A stretch of 64,000 bases of DNA from a virus (lineage: Duplodnaviria > Caudoviricetes). Shown piece by piece: positions 40,868-48,803 of the stretch. The notes under the pieces were generated by a model. The model was given only the letters and a program-made list of their open reading frames with translations, ran no database searches and was not told the DNA's origin. The stretch lies in the IMG/VR virus record IMGVR_UViG_3300021963_000022. One strand, written 5' to 3'. The first letter of the stretch is position 1, and each line of letters starts with the position of its first letter. Both the position numbers and the translations under genes were made by a program.

Positions 40868-41657
40868 AGGTTATGTTATATTAGCACAAAACACGCATGA
40901 GATAGACTATGTAGGATGTGCAGAAGCTTTAGCATTAAGTATAAAAAAAGCAATGCCCGAATCTAATATAACGTTGATTAGTGATAATCAAAGCGATTGT
41001 TCAGCCTTCGATAACATTGTTGCATTACCGTACGGAGATTTAGCACCAACTAGTAATTGGAAATTAATCAATGACTGGCAAGTATACGAAGCAAGCCCAT
41101 ATGACTATACAATCAAGTTAGAAGCTGATATGATTGTACCTAGTAATATTGACTATTATTGGGATGCCTTTAAGGATCGTGATTTAGTTGTATCAACTGA
41201 CATTCGAAACTACAGGGGAGACATTGTAAAAGATGTGTACTATCGACAGTTTATTATCAACAACAATTTACCTAACTGTTATAACGCACTTACGTATTTC
41301 AGAAAAAGTGAATTGGCAAAGCAATTCTTTGAACTTGTAAAAGATATTTTTAAAAACTGGGAACAATATAAACTAATACTAAAATGCAAGTCAACCGAAG
41401 AAGTATCTACTGATTGGGCTTATAGTATAGCATGTCATATACTGGGTATTGAAAATACAACTATGAATTCTTATGACAAGTTTACTATGGTTCATATGAA
41501 GCAAATGATTAATGACTTAGCAACTAATGATTGGACACAAGAACTAGTAACTGAGTTTACAGAGAATGGATTTAGAATTAACACCTTTGTACAAAAGCAC
41601 CCTTTTCACTATCATGTTAAGGATTTTAATAAAGTAGTGAAAAAGAATGTCAGATGA
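40860..41657 (+). CDS. GT-A fold glycosyltransferase-like protein, paralogue of 40076
   Basis: Start MNKGYV at 40860; SPYDYTIKLEADM, STDWAYSIA. Confidence 0.6.
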   Translation: MNKGYVILAQNTHEIDYVGCAEALALSIKKAMPESNITLISDNQSDCSAFDNIVALPYGDLAPTSNWKLINDWQVYEASPYDYTIKLEADMIVPSNIDYYWDAFKDRDLVVSTDIRNYRGDIVKDVYYRQFIINNNLPNCYNALTYFRKSELAKQFFELVKDIFKNWEQYKLILKCKSTEEVSTDWAYSIACHILGIENTTMNSYDKFTMVHMKQMINDLATNDWTQELVTEFTENGFRINTFVQKHPFHYHVKDFNKVVKKNVR

Positions 41658-42912
41658 ATATAGATTATACTACGATGAATATGGGTATCCTATAACTTAT
41701 GTATGTGTAGTTGATTCTATAGAGCCAACTAACATCAATGGAAAATATATAGTTGTAGACCATTTTGACTTCCTATGCAAGAATCATAGTATAAAAGTTA
41801 TTAACGGAAAAATAGTTAGTTTAGAAGAAGCTACAGCACCGCGCAAATTCATTAAGCACAGATCAGGTATAAAATGTGCAAAACAGGACATATCTATTGT
41901 AGTAGATGATGATTACAACAACATAATAAGATGGGGAATAAATGATATGACAGATAACGTAATAGACGCAGATGATATAATTGATATAGCAGACTTAGAT
42001 TGTGTCTATCTCAGCTATGACGAACCACAAAAAGAAGAATTCTGGTTAAAGATTAAAAACATGGTGCCTTGGGCTAAACGTGTTGATGGCATTAAAGGCA
42101 GTGACGCCGCACACAAAGCCGCAGGTGAAGCAAGTGACACCGAACGTTTTATCTTAATTGATGGTGATAACATGCCGAATGAATCTTTCTTCAATATGCA
42201 ATTAGACTTTTCAGACAAAGATCCAATCTATAAACAAGCACAGTTCAGATGGAGAGCAATCAATAGTATTAACGGCTTGCGATACGGCAATGGTGGAATG
42301 AGTTCATGGACAAAAACATATGTACGTGAAATGCAAACACACGAACACAGCGACGGCAATGATACAACTACAGTTGATTTCTGTTTGGATTCTTCTGATA
42401 ACTTATACTGGGCAATGTACGATTGCTATAGTACAACTTATCCAAATTACTCACCATTTCAAGCATGGAGAGCAGGCTTTCGTGAAGGTGTTAAGATGTG
42501 TTTAGCTGGTGGCAAGAGACCTAGTGTAGACGAGTTCAAACAAAGTGTAGCTAGTAGAAACTTCAATAATTTAACCATATGGCATAACATTGGTCGTGAC
42601 GTAGAGAACGGTGAATGGGCTATATACGGAGCACGATTAGGTACATACATGACTATGCTTACAGAATGGGATCCAAAGAATGTTCAATGGTTTGATAATT
42701 ATACTGTACTATGGGAAGAACATATAAATAGAGATCCAGACCGTGAGTCAGCATTGCTCGGAGCCGCATTACACGATAAGCTAAGCCTGCCGATGCTTCA
42801 TTTTGATGGGTCACAGAGTAAATTTTTTAAACGTCATTATAACGCAGACAAACACAATCTAGGTCCTCTAGTTCGTGAGATGGATGTAATTCGTAGAATA
42901 GAAGGATGGTAA
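41647..42912 (+). CDS. Fusion: ~100-aa small domain plus GT-A-like glycosyltransferase domain
   Basis: N-terminus matches 38423; from M at 41947: DCVYLSYDEP, HKAAG, FILIDGDN (DxD), YGNGG, AWRAGFREGVK. Confidence 0.65.
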   Translation: MSDEYRLYYDEYGYPITYVCVVDSIEPTNINGKYIVVDHFDFLCKNHSIKVINGKIVSLEEATAPRKFIKHRSGIKCAKQDISIVVDDDYNNIIRWGINDMTDNVIDADDIIDIADLDCVYLSYDEPQKEEFWLKIKNMVPWAKRVDGIKGSDAAHKAAGEASDTERFILIDGDNMPNESFFNMQLDFSDKDPIYKQAQFRWRAINSINGLRYGNGGMSSWTKTYVREMQTHEHSDGNDTTTVDFCLDSSDNLYWAMYDCYSTTYPNYSPFQAWRAGFREGVKMCLAGGKRPSVDEFKQSVASRNFNNLTIWHNIGRDVENGEWAIYGARLGTYMTMLTEWDPKNVQWFDNYTVLWEEHINRDPDRESALLGAALHDKLSLPMLHFDGSQSKFFKRHYNADKHNLGPLVREMDVIRRIEGW

Positions 42913-44291
42913 TGTCAGATAATCATATAGACAAAGTTCATAAAGAGATTAACGAAATTAGTCCTAGTTTCTGTGTAGCTAAGTGGAAGCAAGTAACAAT
43001 GCATCTGCAAAATGGTCACACACATAGCTGTCATCACCCGTCATCACATCATGTGCCTGTAAGTGAAATTAAAATTAACTCTACAGCATTACACAATAGT
43101 GAATATAAAAAGCAACAACGAAAGTTAATGCTTGAAGGTGTTCGCCCGCGGGAATGTGATTACTGTTGGAATGTAGAAGACACTAATCAACATTATAGTG
43201 ATAGAACTTTTAAGAGTGCGGATCAATCATGGGCATATCCTTATATTGATGAGATTGTTAACAAGCCTTGGAACGCTAACATTGATCCTAGCTACGTAGA
43301 AGTAAGCTTTGGTAACGTATGTAACTTCAAATGCAGTTACTGTGCTCCTCAGATAAGCAGTCAGTGGATGGAAGAAGTTGAAAGATACGGTGCATACCCG
43401 ACAAGCAATCAATTCAACAATTTAGAATGGTTAAAAGCTACTGATGCAATGCCTATTCCAAATAACAAAGAGAATCCTTATGTTGATGCTTTTTGGAATT
43501 GGTTTCCTGATATGTACAAGAGTCTTAAGTACTTTAGAATCACAGGTGGTGAGCCATTACTAAACAAAAACACATTCAAAGTATTAGATTACATTATTGA
43601 AAATCCTAACACAGATTTGGAAGTTGCAATCAATACTAATATGAATGCACCAGACGAGTTGATGGATAAGTTTATTGAAAAAGTAAAAATCATTATCAAT
43701 GAGAAGAAACTAAAACGATTTAAATTGTTTACTTCTGCTGAAGCACACGGTAAAGCAAGCGAGTATATTCGTTATGGTATGAATTACAATGACTGGATTG
43801 CTAACATGCACAAGATGTATCAAGCTATCCCGGGCATTCAGTTTACTATAATGAGTACATATAACTTGTTAAGCGTCACTACATATACTGACTTCTTAAA
43901 AGATATACTATCATTCAAACAACAGTATGGTACTACAACACACTATCCAATGCTATTAGATATACCTTATCTACGCTATCCTTTGCACCAAAGTGTGTTT
44001 ATCATGGAACAAGAACAATTGGACCTAATGCAAAGTCAAATAGATTTTATGGATAGTAATGTAGTTGCTAACAATATGTCACATCAAGCATTTTATCCAG
44101 AAGAAGTTGAACGTCTTAAACGTATTCAAACATTGATTAAATCTCATATTGATGATCCTAAGCCGTGGTTTGATACCAGTCGTAAAGACTTCATCATATT
44201 TGTTAATGAACATGACCGTAGAAGAAAAACAAACTTTTTAAAGACATTCCCTAAACTTACTAACATGTACAACAGGTGGTCTAAACTATGA
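42912..44291 (+). CDS. Radical SAM protein with N-terminal Cys/His cluster
   Basis: CNFKCSYC, TGGEPL, N-terminal FC...HSCHH...CDYC; start at 42912. Confidence 0.9.
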   Translation: MSDNHIDKVHKEINEISPSFCVAKWKQVTMHLQNGHTHSCHHPSSHHVPVSEIKINSTALHNSEYKKQQRKLMLEGVRPRECDYCWNVEDTNQHYSDRTFKSADQSWAYPYIDEIVNKPWNANIDPSYVEVSFGNVCNFKCSYCAPQISSQWMEEVERYGAYPTSNQFNNLEWLKATDAMPIPNNKENPYVDAFWNWFPDMYKSLKYFRITGGEPLLNKNTFKVLDYIIENPNTDLEVAINTNMNAPDELMDKFIEKVKIIINEKKLKRFKLFTSAEAHGKASEYIRYGMNYNDWIANMHKMYQAIPGIQFTIMSTYNLLSVTTYTDFLKDILSFKQQYGTTTHYPMLLDIPYLRYPLHQSVFIMEQEQLDLMQSQIDFMDSNVVANNMSHQAFYPEEVERLKRIQTLIKSHIDDPKPWFDTSRKDFIIFVNEHDRRRKTNFLKTFPKLTNMYNRWSKL

Positions 44292-45103
44292 AGATAGCAG
44301 TATTGATAAGTGGGGAGTATAGAACATTTGGACATTGTAGAAGAACAATGGATTTTCTGTATGATCCACGTGTTGATATATACGTAAGTACATGGGATAG
44401 CTCATCTTACGTTAGCCCTAAAATTAATCTAGACCATACAGAATTGGTTAATTATGACCGTGTTGTTAATGATTTACACAAAGATGCTACAGTACTAATT
44501 GAACCACAAAGTTTAATTAAGGAAGTAAAATATAGCACTAAGATGATGCATCGTTGGATATCAGGGTTTAATCTTATAAAAGAAAGCAATAATCACTATG
44601 ACTATGTGATTGTAATGCGACCTGATTTGTTCTTTAATTACAGTTGCCCAATCGACTTAAACAGTATAGAACAATATGAAAACTCATTAGGAGTAGCATG
44701 GGCTACTGACGAATACATTACTAATAGAAAACTACAAGATGTTTTGTTTCTTTCAACCTATAGCAATATGAATAAGTTGTTTAGTACATTAGACATTAAC
44801 AAATGGATTATCGGTGGTGAGGGTGATTGGCATACGTGGTGGTTTAATCATTGCAATAATACATTACCAATTGCGTATGCTAAAAATTTTAGTAATTGCA
44901 CTTTCTATCGCTATCTAACTGATAACAATAACCCTACTTTTGATGATGTAATGAATGCACAACATAATTGGCGTGATTTACAGTTACTCAATCAGATAGA
45001 TATTATGGGAAGAGATGCACTCAAAACTGCATGGCCGGAGAATGTGATTCAAAATGCAGAAGATAAGTGGAACAACGGGTATTTTAATAAGTTTATCAAA
45101 TGA
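44288..45103 (+). CDS. Putative glycosyltransferase-like protein (IAVLISGEYR family)
   Basis: KIAVLISGEYRTF, YVSTWD, YDYVIVMRPD. Confidence 0.55.
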   Translation: MKIAVLISGEYRTFGHCRRTMDFLYDPRVDIYVSTWDSSSYVSPKINLDHTELVNYDRVVNDLHKDATVLIEPQSLIKEVKYSTKMMHRWISGFNLIKESNNHYDYVIVMRPDLFFNYSCPIDLNSIEQYENSLGVAWATDEYITNRKLQDVLFLSTYSNMNKLFSTLDINKWIIGGEGDWHTWWFNHCNNTLPIAYAKNFSNCTFYRYLTDNNNPTFDDVMNAQHNWRDLQLLNQIDIMGRDALKTAWPENVIQNAEDKWNNGYFNKFIK

Positions 45104-46533
45104 ACATAGCAGTGTTAATTTCTGGTGAGTACAGAGAATTTGAAATAGCGCATCCAAGTTGGGAATTCGATAAATGCGGCAAAGTGGATTACTATTTTTC
45201 AACATGGGCAGAGACCTCTGAGGTTAACGATAACTTAAACATCAATATACATGAGACTGTAACAATCGATAGGATACAAAAATATTTACCGATCACTGAC
45301 TACGTTATCTCTCAGCCACTGTATTACTTATATAACCAGCAAAAAATGATTAATCGTTGGCATGAAGGTTTAAAACTAATACATAAAAGTAACAAAACAT
45401 ACGATGTAATCATTCTTATACGACCTGACTTATATATTGAATATAGTGATTTGTTACAAGACTTCATATCCAAAATGAACTCTAATACCATGTATTGTTA
45501 CGGTGACTTTCACCGTAATGGAATTGGTAACGTCATGGATCAAATATTCATCGGAGATAGCAATACGATTCTAAAGTTGTTAGACATAGATTATACAACC
45601 CCTAAGTTAATTGAGACAACTAACATACATGAATTTTTAGCAGAACATTTTAATCGATTGTTTAACTCTATCCAATTAATACCGTTTAATAAGTTCTACA
45701 TAGCTAGAAGTAATAGTAGAGGTTTAGCTTCATACTCATATGAAATTATAAAAACAAACTCCGAAATATGGTATCAGCAAAAACATCTACGAGAAACTGT
45801 TGTAACTAAATTTAAAGGGTTTTCTAAATCACACGTGATGTTGATAGAAAATTCATTCAGCAAACGCTTTGTTAGAAAACGCAAAAACGTTCAACGTAAC
45901 CATGACAAGATGAAAGAGTTGGCATCACATGGCTTCAACGTACCTAAAATTATAAACATGCGTAACGATACGCTAGATATGGAATACATATCGGGTATTG
46001 ATATGAAAACGTTTATATTACGGCACGATGTAAAGCTGTTAGCAAACTCTATCATAGAAACAGTTGATAGGTTTAAGTACACCAGTAAGTCTAAAAACTA
46101 TGCAAACACATATCAAGAACAGTTAGCATTGATTGATTGTAGTGAGTTGCCATTTACATCCGATGAATTATATATTAGATTACCAAAAGACTTACCACAA
46201 AGTCTATGTCATGGTGATTTCACATTAGAGAATCTACTATACAGTAATGGTAAGTTTTATATGATAGATACTGTAACCGGCCCATATGATAGTTGGGTAT
46301 TTGATATTGCTAAGATGAGACAAGACATAGATGGTCACTGGTTTCTTAGAGACGGTAAGACTGAACTTACGGTTCAATTAAAGATTTTACACGATATATT
46401 AGAATCAGCTTTTGCTATTGCATTTGACAATAATTTATACATATTGATGCTACTCAGAGTGTACAGACATTGTAAAGTAGGTACAACAGAGCATAGATTG
46501 ATATTAGAGGAGATAAAGAGATTATGGAAGTAA
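45100..46533 (+). CDS. Fusion: IAVLISGEYR domain plus APH/choline-kinase-like phosphotransferase
   Basis: N-half paralogous to 44288; C-half FKGFSKS, CHGDFTLENLL, FYMID, DIAKMRQD. Confidence 0.75.
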   Translation: MNIAVLISGEYREFEIAHPSWEFDKCGKVDYYFSTWAETSEVNDNLNINIHETVTIDRIQKYLPITDYVISQPLYYLYNQQKMINRWHEGLKLIHKSNKTYDVIILIRPDLYIEYSDLLQDFISKMNSNTMYCYGDFHRNGIGNVMDQIFIGDSNTILKLLDIDYTTPKLIETTNIHEFLAEHFNRLFNSIQLIPFNKFYIARSNSRGLASYSYEIIKTNSEIWYQQKHLRETVVTKFKGFSKSHVMLIENSFSKRFVRKRKNVQRNHDKMKELASHGFNVPKIINMRNDTLDMEYISGIDMKTFILRHDVKLLANSIIETVDRFKYTSKSKNYANTYQEQLALIDCSELPFTSDELYIRLPKDLPQSLCHGDFTLENLLYSNGKFYMIDTVTGPYDSWVFDIAKMRQDIDGHWFLRDGKTELTVQLKILHDILESAFAIAFDNNLYILMLLRVYRHCKVGTTEHRLILEEIKRLWK

Positions 46534-47201
46534 TTGTACCTGCCGCCGGATTATCTACCCGTTTTCCGGGTACTGTACCAAAATACTTGCTTACTGATAA
46601 CAATGGTAAGATAATGTTACACAATGCTATAGAACCTTATATAGGTAAATATAATGTTACTGTTGGTATACTTAAACAACATGATGAGTTGTACAACAGC
46701 GGAGATATTATCAGAGAGCTAGGTGTTAACGTTGTAGTGTTACCTGAAGTAACTAGGGGTCCAGCTGATACTGTATATCAGATTATAAATCTAGCACAAA
46801 TACATATTGACCATTCTTTTTTCATTAAAGATTGTGATAGTTACTTTGACCATGAAGTTTCAGATGGTAATTATATTTGCATATCTACGGTAAGTGAGCA
46901 TGATGTTCTATATAAGATAGCAAACAAGAGTTTTGTTATAGCAAATGAACATGGTATAGTTCAAAGTATAGTAGAAAAGTCTATTGTTAGTAATGAGTTT
47001 TGTGTGGGCGGATATAAGTTTAATAGAATTTATGATTTTGTATCAGCGTATGAAAAGTTGATACATAGTATGACAAATGAATTCTTTGTCAGTCATATCA
47101 TTCAGTATAATATTAGTAATGGTAAAACATTCTTAACTAAGAAAGTTACTGAGTATGTTGATGTAGGAACTATTAAAGAATGGCAAGAACAAAATGTTTA
47201 A
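46524..47201 (+). CDS. Sugar-phosphate nucleotidyltransferase-like protein
   Basis: IVPAAGLSTRF...PKYLL, TRGPADT, IKDCDS, C-terminal DVGT. Confidence 0.8.
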   Translation: MEVIVPAAGLSTRFPGTVPKYLLTDNNGKIMLHNAIEPYIGKYNVTVGILKQHDELYNSGDIIRELGVNVVVLPEVTRGPADTVYQIINLAQIHIDHSFFIKDCDSYFDHEVSDGNYICISTVSEHDVLYKIANKSFVIANEHGIVQSIVEKSIVSNEFCVGGYKFNRIYDFVSAYEKLIHSMTNEFFVSHIIQYNISNGKTFLTKKVTEYVDVGTIKEWQEQNV

Positions 47202-47295
47202 TCTTATTAAGAATATATACTTAAAGATGGTACGAGAGTACAAATATCGCAAAAGGTTAAAGGCAATGAAGAAACGTGATCCCTTTATTTATTAA
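47194..47295 (+). CDS. Small basic peptide (33 aa, ends KRDPFIY), not in ORF track
   Basis: MFNLIKNIYLKMVREYKYRKRLKAMKKRDPFIY; overlaps the upstream stop and ends 3 nt before the carbamoyltransferase. Confidence 0.65.
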   Translation: MFNLIKNIYLKMVREYKYRKRLKAMKKRDPFIY

Positions 47296-47298
47296 ACC

Positions 47299-48795
47299 AT
47301 GAACTACATAGGAATATCAGCAGGGTTTCACGATGCCGCATTGAGTATTGTAGATAATAGTGGTAATATTCTATTTGCTGGACATAGTGAACGTTACAAT
47401 AAACACAAGCACACTAAACACTTAGGCATTGACATTATAGAAGATGCCAAACCATACCTAACATCTAGTGATATCGAGGTTCATTATTACGAAAGGCCGC
47501 TAATTAAATATTTACGGCAATTGCGTAGCGGAGAAAAAACTATGATATCTAGTTTATCTGCAAGAGAGATCATAGGTACAGGCTTACTTCACCGTTTAGA
47601 AGATGGACGCAAGAGTAAGATTCATACACATAATCATCATTTAAGTCATGCGGCAGCAGGGTTCCAAACTAGTCCATACACTGATGCCACAGTGGTTGTT
47701 ATTGATGCTATTGGTGAATTTGATACTATTACTATTTGGAATGCTTACTATGATAAGAACGGTGTAGCGCAATATAAGAAACTATGGGGACAACAGTACC
47801 CAGATAGTATAGGGTTATTTTACTCCGCAATGACTAAGAGAGCAGGATTAAGCCCGATGGATGAAGAGTACATTTTAATGGGTATGTCTGCTTACGGAAA
47901 CATTCTTCCGTTGAAAGAAATGTCTACATCATTAATTAAGTCATACAAAAATATAGTGTTCAATGATAACTTACATATAGGTGTGCCTGATGATTTTATA
48001 AAGGATGCTAATGTAATGGATATCGCATATAGTACACAACTAATAGCAGAACAGTTGATTACTTCAGTGATTAGTAAAGCAAGAATGCTAAGTAGTAGTA
48101 AGAATTTAGTATATGGCGGAGGAGTAGCATTAAATTGTTTAGCAAATCGATTATTAGGGGATTATTATGATAACATTTGGATTATGCCTAATCCTGGCGA
48201 TGCTGGTTCTAGTCTTGGTGCATGTGCGCTCGGTTACGGTAAACAGCTTAATTGGACTAGTGCTTATTTGGGTCATACTATACCTGGTGATTACCCTGTT
48301 AATCGTCTACTTGATAATCTTATTACCACTGGCATTGTTGGTGTGGCTAGTGGTCGTGCTGAGTTTGGACCTAGAGCCCTTGGACATAGAAGCTTACTTG
48401 CAGACCCAAGAGGAAAAGAAATAAAGGATAAAGTAAATGAAATTAAACATAGACAAAAATTTAGACCCTTTGCGCCAGTTATTTTGGAGGAGTATACTGA
48501 TATGTATTTTGATATCCCTTGTGGCTGGAGTAACAGTAGGTATATGCAAGTCATCAGTCGTTGTCGGGTTCCTGACTTATTTCCTGCTATTATTCATTAT
48601 GACAACACTAGTAGGGTACAGACTGTTCCAAAGGATGGCTCCGGAATACGAGAACTACTAGAAAAATGGTATGTTATGACCGGTTGCCCTATGCTACTTA
48701 ACACTAGCTTGAATGTACGAGGTGAACCAATGGTCAATGACAGAGCGGATGCAGATCGATTTGAAAAACTATATGGTATAAAAGTACTATCATAA
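47299..48795 (+). CDS. O-carbamoyltransferase (NodU/CmcH/TobZ family)
   Basis: GISAGFHDAA, HHLSHAAAG, DAIGE, GGVALNC, EFGPRALGHRS, FRPFAP, LLNTSLN. Confidence 0.95.
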   Translation: MNYIGISAGFHDAALSIVDNSGNILFAGHSERYNKHKHTKHLGIDIIEDAKPYLTSSDIEVHYYERPLIKYLRQLRSGEKTMISSLSAREIIGTGLLHRLEDGRKSKIHTHNHHLSHAAAGFQTSPYTDATVVVIDAIGEFDTITIWNAYYDKNGVAQYKKLWGQQYPDSIGLFYSAMTKRAGLSPMDEEYILMGMSAYGNILPLKEMSTSLIKSYKNIVFNDNLHIGVPDDFIKDANVMDIAYSTQLIAEQLITSVISKARMLSSSKNLVYGGGVALNCLANRLLGDYYDNIWIMPNPGDAGSSLGACALGYGKQLNWTSAYLGHTIPGDYPVNRLLDNLITTGIVGVASGRAEFGPRALGHRSLLADPRGKEIKDKVNEIKHRQKFRPFAPVILEEYTDMYFDIPCGWSNSRYMQVISRCRVPDLFPAIIHYDNTSRVQTVPKDGSGIRELLEKWYVMTGCPMLLNTSLNVRGEPMVNDRADADRFEKLYGIKVLS

Positions 48796-48803
48796 GTATC
48801 TTT

